From a virus (lineage: Duplodnaviria > Caudoviricetes): 40,596 bases of DNA. A program made the translations under genes and the position numbers. The DNA lies in the IMG/VR virus record IMGVR_UViG_3300032216_001207, positions 1-40,596 of that record. One strand, given 5' to 3'. Positions within the stretch are counted from its first letter, which is position 1. Every line of letters begins with the position of its first letter. Below the pieces are notes generated by a model. That model saw nothing but the letters and a program-made list of their open reading frames with translations. It was not told where the DNA came from and ran no database searches. Positions 8,100 to 18,700 of this stretch are shown here, in pieces.

Positions 8100-11000
8100 G
8101 CTTGATCCGCCTGTAGGATTCCGCTGAGATAATTCATGGAAGACGTGCCACCTGATTTTCGAGTTAGAAGTTGAAATTCATAAGTCACGTTGCCGGTTAA
8201 ACCGGTTAAGGTAAACGGACCAATGTTCAAATCTCCCATATCCTGAAGAGCATCGACGCTATTGTAAGATGATGGATTGCCGGTAGTGAGCGATCCGCTA
8301 ACGTCCGCCCATGTTCCGCCAGCGACTCGATATTGAAGTTTTCCCTGCAAGGTAAAACTGCCGCCAGCAGCATAATATCCCGCAAAAACATTTAAAATGG
8401 CCTGACCTGAAGCCAAAACTGATAAACTTAGCGTTGGACCGTAAGACTGAAACGATGCTGAACTGTTTGTATTTGCTTCCGTAAGGGTTACGGTTGAAGT
8501 CGTTTTAGGTGGTGAATCATAAGTTTTTGATAGCGTTGCTTTTTGGAACACAGTTTGTCCGGCATAGGTTGCTTGAACCGTAATGGTCGCTGTGTCACCG
8601 CTCATAGCGCTTATCGTAACCACACCACCTGAATAGGTGGCTGTGCATCCAGCCAAAGTTAGGCTCACCGAAGTTGGTGTTACCGCTCCTCCGCCTTGAG
8701 CCACTGTGACCGCAAGGTAAGCTGGAAGCTGACCAGATTTAGGGTCACCTAGGTAGTTGCAAAGCACGGTTCGAGCAGATGGCGAGAGAGAAATTGTAAC
8801 AGGGCTCACCCCGTCGTTTCCGGTGACACCTTGCTTGGCAACCGAAACCGAAAAGATTTTGGTTACAATTTCCGACTGTGCGGTAGCGCCGACCAAAATG
8901 GCATAGCCACCAGCAGCCCCGACCGCCGTCACAGAGTAGTTGCCTGCCGTAGCCCCCGGGCCCGCAACCATTGTGCTTGTGACGTTGGAATCGCCCCCGC
9001 GCGCAAAGGTGCAGATCGACGTAATATCGGTGGTGCCCCTAAACATTTTTAGGGTGCCGGTTGCCGGAGAATAGTCAGAAACGACGCCAGAAGAATTGCC
9101 GCTTAGGGTCACGGCCTCGTTGGTCAGATAGCCGGTGACGGTCGAAGAGCCATCAACAAGACGGACCACAGTCACGGTGTCGCTTAGGCTTCCGTTGGTA
9201 GCTGTGATCACGGCATAGGACGCCGTGCTAAATTGCGCCACAGTCAAGGTGCGCGTGTTGCCCGATCCGCCCAAGGTCACAGCCCCGAGAGAACTACCCG
9301 CAGAATTGTAGAGCGTGCAGGCAAAAGTTGCCGTGCCCGAAATGTTCTGTTGGTTAGCCGTTAGCGTAATCGTTTGCGAAGTTGGCTTGGCGGCGTTGGT
9401 GCCATCGAACGTGAAGGACTGGCCAGTGCAAGACAGGAACAGAAGCTGCGCAGCCGCGCCATCGGTTCCGTCTTGCGCCAAAACCGAAGCTGCAGCCCAT
9501 TCACCAGCCGCAATGGTGTCGGTCGTGCCCGAGGACAAGGCCGTTGCTGTTGTCACCCACCGGTAAGAGCCACCCGTGGCCGGTAGGCTTTGGGCCCAAC
9601 CGTTTGTAATTCCAGACGCAGATGCTGTTGCAAAAGTATAAGTGATTGTGGCGCTTGGCAGGGTCGGCGCGGCGTTGGTCGTGGTTCGTTGGAACAGATA
9701 AACCGTCGCTGTGTTGACGCCGTTTGTGCCCGGGCTTCCATCTGTTCCATTTTGAACAAATATAACAGGAGTCGCCCACTCGGCAGCCGCAATGGTGTCG
9801 GTTGCGCCAGAGGAACTGGCGCTTGCGGCAATCACATAAAGCGGCAGCGTTCCAGACGGAATAGTGGCAGACCAACCATTGTTAAAGCCGGTGGCCACGC
9901 TTGTTGCAAAGGTAAAGGTCACCGTTGTCGATGGAGCAGACGGAGCGCTTGCGGAGCGTTGGTAGAGGTAAACCACCGCATTGTTTAAACCGGCAGAGCC
10001 GGGCGCTCCATCGGTGCCGTCTTGAGCAAGAAGCGCGGCAGCCGCCCATTCCCCCGCAGCTATCGTGTCTGTTGTCCCGGTTGACAGAGCGGTGGCAGTG
10101 GTTACCCACCGATAGGCCCCACCCGTGGTCGGCAAGGTTTGCGTCCAACCATTGTTGACGCCTGTAGCCGCGCCAGTTGCAAAGGTATAGGTCGCAGTGG
10201 CGCTTGGAAGCGTTGGGGCGACGTTGGTCGTGGTCCTTTGAAACAGGTAAACGGTGGCCGTATTGGTTCCGTTTGTGCCCGAGCTTCCATCGGCTCCATT
10301 TTGAACAAAGATAACCGGAGAGGCCCATTCAGCGGGTGCAATTGTATCGGTTGCGCCGGTAGAACTAGCGCTTGCTGCAGTGACGTACAGCGGCGATGTT
10401 CCGCCGGGTATGGTTGTTGACCAGCCGTTGTTATAGCCCGTCAGCGTGCTTGTGGCAAAAGTGTAGGTAGAAGTTGTCGAGGGATTGGCGGGCGCAGAAG
10501 CAGCGCGCTGATACAGATAGACCACCGCGTTGTTTAAGCCCGCAGAACCCGCCGCACCATCCGCTCCGTCTTGCGCCAACAAGGCAGATGTTGCCCATTC
10601 GCCGGTAGCAATGCTGTCTGTAGCCGACGTGGACAAGGCGGTTGCCGTGGTGACCCAGCGATAAGCCCCGCCGGTCGTGGGTAGGCTTTGGGCCCAGCCG
10701 TTGGTTAGCCCAGTCGCCGCACCAGTGGCGAACGTGTAAGTGACCGTGGCACTTGGCACAGACGGAGGCGTTGCGGTTGTGGTGCGCTGGAAGAGGTAAA
10801 CCGTAGCGGTGTTAAATCCATTGGTCCCGTTGCTCCCATTGGTCCCGTTTTGGACAAAGACCACTGGCGTTGCCCATTCGCCCGCGCCAATGGTGTCAGT
10901 CGTGCCGCCGGATTGCGCCGTGGCAGCCGAAACGTAAAGCGGATCGGTGCCGCCCGGAATGGCTGTTGTCCAACCATTGTTGAGGCCGGTCAGGGTGGAG

Positions 11001-14000
11001 GTTGAAAAGGTGTAGGTTGTTGTTACTGACGGCAGCGTGGGCATACTTGCCGCGCGCTGATAGATATAGACCACAGCGTTACCGTTCGATCCGTTGGCCC
11101 CGGTCAATGACTTTGCCAGCGTAAAGACCTTGGTTACGGTCATGCTGTTGTAAGTCGCTGTAATCGTCAGGGAGGCTTGATTAGCCGTCATGGCCGTTAC
11201 GGCATAGTAACCTTTGGGTTGGCCGCTAGTAGGGCTCCCAGTGGCCGTGTTGACGCTTCCTGTGCAGTTTGAAGCAGAGGAGGACAGCGTCAGGGCGGCG
11301 TTGGCCGTAACATCGACCTCACCGTCAAAAACGGTGACTTGACCAACCGCCGTCGAGAAGGACGCCACGCTTCCGTCAAAGGCAGCGGCCAGAGAGGTTG
11401 AGTCGTTCGATAGGGAAACCACTAAAGCCTTGTTCGCGGCGGTCTTGGAGACGCCAGCGGAAAAGGCACTTTTGTTCCCGCTCGTATCGACGGCTTTAAG
11501 CCAATAATAGCGCAAGCCATCGCTCGAAGAGATTCCCACCCGGTTATAGAAAGACGCCGAAACGGTGTCGATCAGCGTTGCGGTCGCGCTGTTGTTGGTG
11601 GTGTTTTCGTAGACTTCCGTCTGCCAAAGGTCATCGTCAAGCGGGTTGGTCCAAGTCAAGCGCACGCCGCCGGAGAAGGCAGCGGCAGCCACGGCAGTTG
11701 GCACGCCGGGGGGGGCGTTCTTGCCAAGCACGGTGTGCAGGATGCTCGTTGACCAATCGGTCGTTGAGCCTTGGTCGCTCATGCCGCGCGAGCGCATCCG
11801 GTAGCTTTTGCCGACCACGACCGGGGTCAGATAGGCAAATGGCTGGCCGCGTTCGATCCGCACGGTTTCCCAACCAGTGCTGTTGGACTCCTGCCATTGG
11901 ACCTCAAAATAATCGACGCGCTCGGTACTGCCTTGCGGCTGTTGAAGCTGCACAAAGATTCGATAGGTCAGCGAGCCGTCAGGGTTGACGATCAGAGCCG
12001 AGTCGTCAGACCTCACAGTGCTGATATAGACGGGAGGCAGTGAGCCGCCGGTCGGCATATTGGGCAACGTCAGATAGGAGCTGAACGTGGGGATAGTGCC
12101 CGTGTCAGCCGTGTAAACGCCGTCCTGTGCATCTACCAAAGAGACCGTGACCGAAAAGTCTTCAGCAGGCTCAATTTTCTTGATGATCATGGGCGCGCTT
12201 TCCAGCGACGACTCCCCATAAAGCACAAGATCGCCCACGTCAGGGCACGCAGTTGGCAGGGGCGGCGTAGCCGGATAAACCGTGGTCGCGTAGCCCGTGC
12301 CCGGGTTGGTCAGGCTAACGAGGACAGAGGCCCCGGTGATTTGACGGCCCCGCAAGACATAGGTTTTGCCGGTCTCGAAATAGACGTCATCGTCAAGGGT
12401 AATGGCCGAAACGCGACCGGCCACGTTAGTCGTGATAGCAGCCACCCGGGTCGAGTTGATGCCAATGGCGACCGCGTCATGCTGGAATCGCACAAGGTCG
12501 CCCACGGTGCAGCGCAGGGCCTCAATATCCATAGTGACGGAATGCTCTTCCGGTCGAAGCCGCGCCACCGCCATATGGTAGCGGGCCTCTCGATAGGCTT
12601 GGGTTGGAGACGTGCAGCCGACCAATTCGAGAGTGTCAAAAATGGTGGCGTTTGAAGCGCTGTAGCCGTCGTAATAGACCAGCCGCTCGTCCTGTTGGTA
12701 GCCATTGTTCTTGTTGAAAAACAGCACCCGCAAACAATGGGGATACTCCACAAAAACTTTGGTTCCAGAATAGCTATTGCTGTTTCGCGGGGTGATGTGC
12801 TGAACCGGCACCGTTTGCTGAATATCGCGAACGACAGAGTGTTTGCCGTCTTTCATGGTGTAGGTGCCGCGCCCGTTGGAGGCGATGGTCTTTAGGTTTT
12901 CGTAGATCGACCCGCCCTCAAGGACCGCGTTGAAGGTCCAGCGCGGCTCGGAAGCATTGGGCGCAGTGGCGTCGCAGGCGTCGGCCCACGCCTTGATGGT
13001 CGTCAGGTCAATGCGGTCGTCAGCAATATAGGTTTCACCGCCACGGCGGCGCAGGAGGTCAACATAGGCCCACGCCGGATTAGAGGTTTGGGTTTGCGTC
13101 CACGTCGAACCATTCCAAACAGGAAGATAGCTTTGTGCTTCACAGTTAATGGTCTGCGGAACACCGTTTAGCTGGCCGGACGCCTTGATGCGCAGGGCAA
13201 GCAAGGCAACATTTTTTTGCAGGACCGGATAGTCGGCCTTGATCGTTCGAAGGGCCGTCCACCACGTCAGGTCCACAGCCTTGCCGCCGGTGTTGGTGTT
13301 TGTGCGGCGCATCCGCACTTCATATTGACCAGCCGCAGGAAGGATGACACGGCCACTGCGCCGAACCGCAGAGGTCTCCGCACCAGTAACATTGATGTGG
13401 CCGGTCGAGTTAAAGCCGGTATCAGCGCTGTTGGCCCAAACCGCGTCAATCCATGTGGTGGCCCCAACGGCCCGATATTGAACGTCAAGATTGACGGTAG
13501 TGTTATCTTTGCCGCCTTTAGAGTTAAAAGTGAAAAGCCCTTGCGGAAAGGTGACGTCTACCGAGAATTCAACGGCATTGGCAGCAGTTGTTCGCTGCGC
13601 CCACCCGGTGGTATTAGAAGTCACCGTTGCACCATAGGTGTCACCAATCGGATCAAAACTGTAATGATCGCCTAAGAATCCATAATCAGTTGGATAATAG
13701 CCACCGGCAGAGCCATAAGGCTCAAGCGCAATCGACAGGTTGTCCTCTGTCACGGTCCGTGTGAAAAGCGTTAAGGCGGCGTCTGTAGACCAACCTTCGC
13801 GAATCTCATATTCAACGCCTTCAAAGGCGGAAATTGGCGTCTCACCTATCTTGATATTGGAAATGGCAAGAGGGCCCCAACCAATAACAAGCGCGATTCG
13901 GATATACTCGTCGTCGCCTTGGATTTCAGAATAGGGGCGAGCCGCCATTAGCGGAAACAGGCGTCGCTTGCCAAAGATGCGCGGCACGTTGGCGTAAGGC

Positions 14001-14545
14001 GAGAATTGATTGCTTGCGCCTGTGAGGTGATACCGCTCGTCTTGTTGCGTGTTTTTGAGGCCGGGAGGCGGAATAAGGGCGTTTAGGGCAAGATAGCCAA
14101 TAGAGGTAAGAGCCGCAGCGACTAGCGCAGAGCCAATCTTGACGGCCATAGTGCCACCAAGCGAGCCCGGGGTGAGCGCTCCAAAAATCTCAGGCGCAAC
14201 CGCCAAGGCGACAACGGCAATGACAATCATGGCCACGGCGCGGAAGACGTCCTTGCCGGACTTCTGCGGCACCACCCGCACATAGAGGGTTTGGCCCGTT
14301 TTGGGGACAACGGTTGCCCATACCGCCGCCGGAATTTCAACGTCGTCAATCCAGACGCGGAGGTAGTTTCGATATTCAACCGGCAATGACGCGCGCGCCA
14401 CCACCTGTTCAATGGTCATGCCTTCGACGCTTGAAAGGAACCGCGCCGAACTGGAAAACGGGTTTTCTTGGAACACCGCCGGAAGGGTTGGCCCGTCCAT
14501 CTCGACGGGGACAACAAGTGGCTGGAATCCGTTGGCGTCAGTCAT
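8096..14545 (-). CDS. Central tail fibre / tip attachment protein J (gpI-like N-terminus, FN3, repeat and Ig-like domains)
   Basis: Likely start ATG 14545 (TGAcaATG after NlpC); VPRIFGKRRLFP, SNPAWAYVDLLR, FN3 PPGVPT..VRLTWTNP..YYWLKAVDTSGNKSAFS; position after the tail-tip genes. Confidence 0.92.
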   Translation of the reverse strand: MTDANGFQPLVVPVEMDGPTLPAVFQENPFSSSARFLSSVEGMTIEQVVARASLPVEYRNYLRVWIDDVEIPAAVWATVVPKTGQTLYVRVVPQKSGKDVFRAVAMIVIAVVALAVAPEIFGALTPGSLGGTMAVKIGSALVAAALTSIGYLALNALIPPPGLKNTQQDERYHLTGASNQFSPYANVPRIFGKRRLFPLMAARPYSEIQGDDEYIRIALVIGWGPLAISNIKIGETPISAFEGVEYEIREGWSTDAALTLFTRTVTEDNLSIALEPYGSAGGYYPTDYGFLGDHYSFDPIGDTYGATVTSNTTGWAQRTTAANAVEFSVDVTFPQGLFTFNSKGGKDNTTVNLDVQYRAVGATTWIDAVWANSADTGFNSTGHINVTGAETSAVRRSGRVILPAAGQYEVRMRRTNTNTGGKAVDLTWWTALRTIKADYPVLQKNVALLALRIKASGQLNGVPQTINCEAQSYLPVWNGSTWTQTQTSNPAWAYVDLLRRRGGETYIADDRIDLTTIKAWADACDATAPNASEPRWTFNAVLEGGSIYENLKTIASNGRGTYTMKDGKHSVVRDIQQTVPVQHITPRNSNSYSGTKVFVEYPHCLRVLFFNKNNGYQQDERLVYYDGYSASNATIFDTLELVGCTSPTQAYREARYHMAVARLRPEEHSVTMDIEALRCTVGDLVRFQHDAVAIGINSTRVAAITTNVAGRVSAITLDDDVYFETGKTYVLRGRQITGASVLVSLTNPGTGYATTVYPATPPLPTACPDVGDLVLYGESSLESAPMIIKKIEPAEDFSVTVSLVDAQDGVYTADTGTIPTFSSYLTLPNMPTGGSLPPVYISTVRSDDSALIVNPDGSLTYRIFVQLQQPQGSTERVDYFEVQWQESNSTGWETVRIERGQPFAYLTPVVVGKSYRMRSRGMSDQGSTTDWSTSILHTVLGKNAPPGVPTAVAAAAFSGGVRLTWTNPLDDDLWQTEVYENTTNNSATATLIDTVSASFYNRVGISSSDGLRYYWLKAVDTSGNKSAFSAGVSKTAANKALVVSLSNDSTSLAAAFDGSVASFSTAVGQVTVFDGEVDVTANAALTLSSSASNCTGSVNTATGSPTSGQPKGYYAVTAMTANQASLTITATYNSMTVTKVFTLAKSLTGANGSNGNAVVYIYQRAASMPTLPSVTTTYTFSTSTLTGLNNGWTTAIPGGTDPLYVSAATAQSGGTTDTIGAGEWATPVVFVQNGTNGSNGTNGFNTATVYLFQRTTTATPPSVPSATVTYTFATGAATGLTNGWAQSLPTTGGAYRWVTTATALSTSATDSIATGEWATSALLAQDGADGAAGSAGLNNAVVYLYQRAASAPANPSTTSTYTFATSTLTGYNNGWSTTIPGGTSPLYVTAASASSTGATDTIAPAEWASPVIFVQNGADGSSGTNGTNTATVYLFQRTTTNVAPTLPSATATYTFATGAATGVNNGWTQTLPTTGGAYRWVTTATALSTGTTDTIAAGEWAAAALLAQDGTDGAPGSAGLNNAVVYLYQRSASAPSAPSTTVTFTFATSVATGFNNGWSATIPSGTLPLYVIAASASSSGATDTIAAAEWATPVIFVQNGTDGSPGTNGVNTATVYLFQRTTTNAAPTLPSATITYTFATASASGITNGWAQSLPATGGSYRWVTTATALSSGTTDTIAAGEWAAASVLAQDGTDGAAAQLLFLSCTGQSFTFDGTNAAKPTSQTITLTANQQNISGTATFACTLYNSAGSSLGAVTLGGSGNTRTLTVAQFSTASYAVITATNGSLSDTVTVVRLVDGSSTVTGYLTNEAVTLSGNSSGVVSDYSPATGTLKMFRGTTDITSICTFARGGDSNVTSTMVAGPGATAGNYSVTAVGAAGGYAILVGATAQSEIVTKIFSVSVAKQGVTGNDGVSPVTISLSPSARTVLCNYLGDPKSGQLPAYLAVTVAQGGGAVTPTSVSLTLAGCTATYSGGVVTISAMSGDTATITVQATYAGQTVFQKATLSKTYDSPPKTTSTVTLTEANTNSSASFQSYGPTLSLSVLASGQAILNVFAGYYAAGGSFTLQGKLQYRVAGGTWADVSGSLTTGNPSSYNSVDALQDMGDLNIGPFTLTGLTGNVTYEFQLLTRKSGGTSSMNYLSGILQADQA
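9467..11080 (-). repeat. Three tandem 540-nt (180-aa) A+B domain pairs within the tail fibre
   Basis: A: NAVVY(I/L)YQR...EWA(T/S)PV.FVQNG; B: NTATVYLFQRTTT...EWA...LAQDG; separated by short GxD/GxN collagen-like linkers; B copies at ~10810, 10270 and 9730. Confidence 0.92.
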
Positions 14546-14547
14546 TG

Positions 14548-14961
14548 TCAATCTGGCCTGTAAATTGCGCTGATTCGCTTTTCCCAAGTCATGGTCCGGT
14601 AGGGCTCTATGACGGAGTCGGCTTCCTCATGCGTGTGAATCATCCATCCCGGCGTTAGAACCAAGCCCACATGGAACGGGTGACCCCTCATGCGCATGAG
14701 GATTCCGTCGCCTAGGCGTGCTTCTTCAATCGGAACTTGGCGGAACTTCGAAGCATATTCAATTGCGTCTGAACCAATAACAGAAGGTTTCTGGCCGCGA
14801 TACCAGTCCACGCCTTCATACTCGGGAAGATTGCCGCCAAGCTGTTCGCGCCAGATCATGCACAACAAGCCCCAGCAATCGCACCCAAGGCGGTCGCGGC
14901 CATGGGGCTTGTAGGGTATGCCCACATACTCTGCCGCCCATGAGGGAAGCTGACGCTCCAT
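14548..14961 (-). CDS. NlpC/P60 tail-tip assembly protein (gpK-like)
   Basis: YVGIPY..GRD..GCDCWGL...HVGL...IH catalytic C/H/H. Confidence 0.92.
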   Translation of the reverse strand: MERQLPSWAAEYVGIPYKPHGRDRLGCDCWGLLCMIWREQLGGNLPEYEGVDWYRGQKPSVIGSDAIEYASKFRQVPIEEARLGDGILMRMRGHPFHVGLVLTPGWMIHTHEEADSVIEPYRTMTWEKRISAIYRPD

Positions 14962-15431
14962 TAGAACAGGCCCGGGAAGCGCGAGGGGGTCATGGAAAGG
15001 GTAATGGGCTCGTTGAAAAGCGGCTCAAAAAATAGCTCCCCTTCAATAGTGGACGCATCATAATTGACCGCCCGCAGGGCCAGAGAGCCAAAGCTAATTT
15101 CGACCGTGTCCGGTTGGCTAGCCAAGATGACCTCCATCAGAACGGTTGGCGCTGACGAAATGTTCCGAATTAAAGAGACCACCGTGCGGTCAACATTGTC
15201 CATTCGAAGCATGGCTTTTGGCGCACTATCGGGGTCTTGGCCGGGAAGGACAATCTCAAAAGGGAAGCCTTGAAAGACGTTGCCCCGGCTTGTGATATTC
15301 TCGTTGTTGTTAACCACTCGAATTGGCGTTGAAAGGTCGGCGTGAGTGATCGTCAACAGGATCAGCCAAACCTCATCGGTTTGCTGTGAGTTGATCGACC
15401 GAATGGCGTTAGCGGATAGCGTCCTCATCAA
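14961..15431 (-). CDS. Minor tail protein (DUF1833/gpL-like)
   Basis: LILLTITH..L..PIRVVNN...FPFEIVLP...LRMDNVDR...TPSRFPGLF. Confidence 0.88.
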   Translation of the reverse strand: MMRTLSANAIRSINSQQTDEVWLILLTITHADLSTPIRVVNNNENITSRGNVFQGFPFEIVLPGQDPDSAPKAMLRMDNVDRTVVSLIRNISSAPTVLMEVILASQPDTVEISFGSLALRAVNYDASTIEGELFFEPLFNEPITLSMTPSRFPGLF

Positions 15432-15784
15432 ATCATTTCCAAGTTGAAGCTGACAATGGCATTAACCCCGCCGACCGACGTGATTTGTGGCGCAGGGTTT
15501 CGAAAGCGGAAGGTCGCCGCCGCCCGGGTTCGGGGGTGGACCCAATCAAACGGCAAAGACCCGCCGTTGACCGTGCTTTGCCAGAACGATTCAAAGGTCA
15601 CGGCCTGCGCGGCGGTCATGTAGAGGGACACCTGATATTTCCGCAGGGACTTTGTGAACCGGCGGCGAATTTTGGCCGGTCCGGTGTCCATTTGGCTTTC
15701 TATAGTTTGGTCCTGAATCTGTTCGCTGTAACCGCTTTCAAGCACATATTGCGGCAGCGTGGTCGGCCATGTTGGGTTTGCCAT
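15428..15784 (-). CDS. Distal tail protein (gpM-like)
   Basis: WPTTLP...MDTGPAKIRRRFT...GSLPFDW.HP; follows the tape measure. Confidence 0.85.
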   Translation of the reverse strand: MANPTWPTTLPQYVLESGYSEQIQDQTIESQMDTGPAKIRRRFTKSLRKYQVSLYMTAAQAVTFESFWQSTVNGGSLPFDWVHPRTRAAATFRFRNPAPQITSVGGVNAIVSFNLEMI

Positions 15785-18700
15785 TATTTCCTCGCCAAAG
15801 TGCGGGTGGCCCCATAAGAGCCGCCCATTTCACGGTCTAGGTCACCGGACCGGATATGTTTTTTCATCTCATCACGCACCAAAATCGAAATGATTCGCTT
15901 GCCATTCGGACCGCGCGATTCTTTTGTTTCGACGCGCTCCGCATTAGGGCCCGACCTCATATCGTTGATGACGACTTGAACGTCACCACCACCGCCGCGC
16001 GACGCAACGCCTAAGCGGCCATCGGCCCCGCGCTGCAGCGGCATGATAGCTTCTGCCCCGGCTTCACCCATGACGCCAAGCGCGGCCCCACCGGCAAAAG
16101 CGAACGGGGTCGTTTGGTCGTAAACCTTGTTGGTAAAGGCACCACCAGCGGCGAACGGAACAATGTTTGAAGTGTTCCCGTCAAAAACGCCACCTTTTGC
16201 CACTGTCCTTGGATCGCCACCACCAAACTTTCCCCCAGAGGAAGGGCTAACAGCCGCAGTGCCCATGCCGGGAAAAATGGAAGACAGCAGATATTGACCA
16301 AACTTAGACGCCATCTGCGCGGCCATTTCCTCAAATGGCTTAATGGCGATTAGGTAGATCATATCGGCGCTGATCTTTTTGATAATGTCGCCCATGCCCT
16401 TGCCAAAGACGTTTGCGCCCTTGGACAAGCCATCGGTAAACACGGTCTGGAAGGCGTCCTTGAACGGCCCTTCGATACTGTGCGCTCCCTGCTCAAGGGT
16501 CGTGATCACTGCGCGCACCCGGGCCTTTTGTTTATCCAGCGCCAAAGACGCGCGCTCGATTTCCTCGGTGATGCGAAGTTGGGTGTCGTAATATGCCTCG
16601 CCCGCCTTATAGCCCTCGGCCTCCAGTTTCGACCGCGTCTGAAGCAGCGTCGTTTGGATGGCATATTCATCTGACGAAAGGCCAATCAGCTTTTGACTTT
16701 CCTTCAACAGGCCAAGTTGGCGAGTCAGTTGCTCGGTCGCCATCCGTTGCGTGTTGGCTTCCTTGTTTTCAAAGTCCTTGGTTTGCGCCGCTGAATAGTC
16801 CTCAAAATTCTTGTCCGCGACAAATGACTTCCTCTCCTGCGCCAGACGCGCAGCAAGCCCGGCCCGGCCTTGAGCGCGCGCGTTAGGATCAGCAGCAAGG
16901 GCAGCCGTTGACATAGCCAAGGTGTCCTGCGCGCCAATCACTCGGTTTGTTTCGCCAAGGTTTTGTTGCGCTGCAGCACGCCGAATTTCTGCGGCTCGGA
17001 AGTCAGCTTCAAACCTATTTAGCGCCGGGTCCGAAATGGTGCCAGCCAAGCTAAACCGTTTTGACGAGACGGCCTGATCGACCTCTAGGGCCATCTGTGC
17101 CGCGCGGCCTTGTCCCGCACTGTTAGCTTGTTTGATGGCGTAGGCGGCGTCTCGGTTGGCCTGCCCAATAGATTCGTCACCGGCCAGCTTTGTTGCAACA
17201 AGTGTTGATACGTTAGCGCCGACCGAACCACCCGCGCCACGCTCCTGAGAGGCCCGTGCAGCGGCGATGGCCTGCATGTAGATGGAAGTGCCACCACCGC
17301 CACCGCCGCCCGCCACGGCGCGCTGTGTGTCGTTTAGGGCCACACCTAGTGTGTTGACGCTTTGTTCAAGTTTCTGAAGAGCCATTCCGGCAGCAGCGGC
17401 GGCGCGCTCAAGAGTTATTATGCCTGATTTCTCTTCCGGAGTTGCAGCACCAGACGCGATTCGCGCACGGGTAGATGAAACAGCACCGGTTAATTGATCA
17501 TAATTTAGCTGTGCTTTAAGTCGGTCGCCGTAATATCCGTCCATCTGACCGGCGGTTGTCATGGCGGTGTTAAAGCCAGCCATGGCTTTTGCCTCGTCGC
17601 CTTTTTTCTTTTCATCAGCCTCTTGCGCTAGTCGTTTAGCCGTAACCTCTCGAAGGTTTTTCATAACTTCGGCGGAAGTGTTCCCGCCGAAAAGTTGCCA
17701 ATTGACTTCAGTTTCACGGTTGCCGCTGACAGTGCTGGCAATTCCGCCGAGCATGTTTCCGGTGATGTTTGAAATTGTTTGCGCAAATTTGGATGCGTCT
17801 AGTTTTTCGCCAAGCTCCTTGAGCAACATGGACCAATTGTCAGACACCCGAGCGTTTGCCTGCGCTAGCGTTTCGGGAATCTTTGCATATTCCTGATTTG
17901 CAACCTCTGAAGCGCGGAGGGCAGCTTCCGCTACTTTCGATCCCGTCAACAGGCCCTCGGAACCCATCTGGCGCAGTTGCCCAACGGTGACACCAATCGT
18001 GCCATCAGCTTTTTCAAAATTGTCGGCCACAGCCTTTGCCAAGGCCGGAAAATTTTCCATGATTGAGCGAAGCTCGTCACCCTGTAGTCGGCCAGATGAC
18101 AGGGCTTGGCCAAATTGAATCATGCCGCCGTTAATTTCAGCCGTGCTTGCTCCAGAGACGCGACCCAATTTCTGAACCGTGTCTGTCAGCTTGAGCATTT
18201 CCGCTTGGGTTAGGCCAATAGCCGAATTGTTGCGCGCCAGTCGGCTAAACGAGTCGGCGGCGCTATCAAAGCCAAGGCCGGTCTTTTGCGTCTGTTCATA
18301 AAGAGCGGAAAGCGCAGATTTAGCTGAAGCCGTAGAACCAAGAGAATTGGTCAAACGACCTTCTAGCGAACGATATTTGTCTTCCGCTTCCGCAAGAGGA
18401 ACGATTAAACCTTTGTAGGCCGCAGCCAGAAGGCCCACACCCGTCGCGCCAGCAGCCAGTGCAACGCCAGTGGGGCCCAAGGTAGCAATCATGCCGCCAA
18501 AGGCACCAGAGGCTCCAGAAACGGCCCCCACAAGCCCTCCAGCGCCACCACCACCACCACCCATTACGCCTGCCATGGCTTGAAGGGTTCCGTGGCTTGC
18601 TGAAACGCTTTGGGTTAGCGCATTAAATTGACGGCCAAGGGCCCCAACCTCATCAACGCCATATTTGCCCTTTAGCGCGTTCAAAAGGTTAGCGTGCTCT

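Noticed and set aside
8812-8831. GGTGACACC half-site inside the tail fibre (also TGTCAC near 5566 and 22749)
   Set aside because: No matching second half-site at the 4-nt spacing, so not counted as operators
9467-11080. Tail-fibre repeats as a CRISPR array or DGR template/variable pair
   Set aside because: 540-nt coding repeats with synonymous divergence; no spacers, no adenine-specific mismatch pattern noticed, and no reverse transcriptase or cas gene in the window
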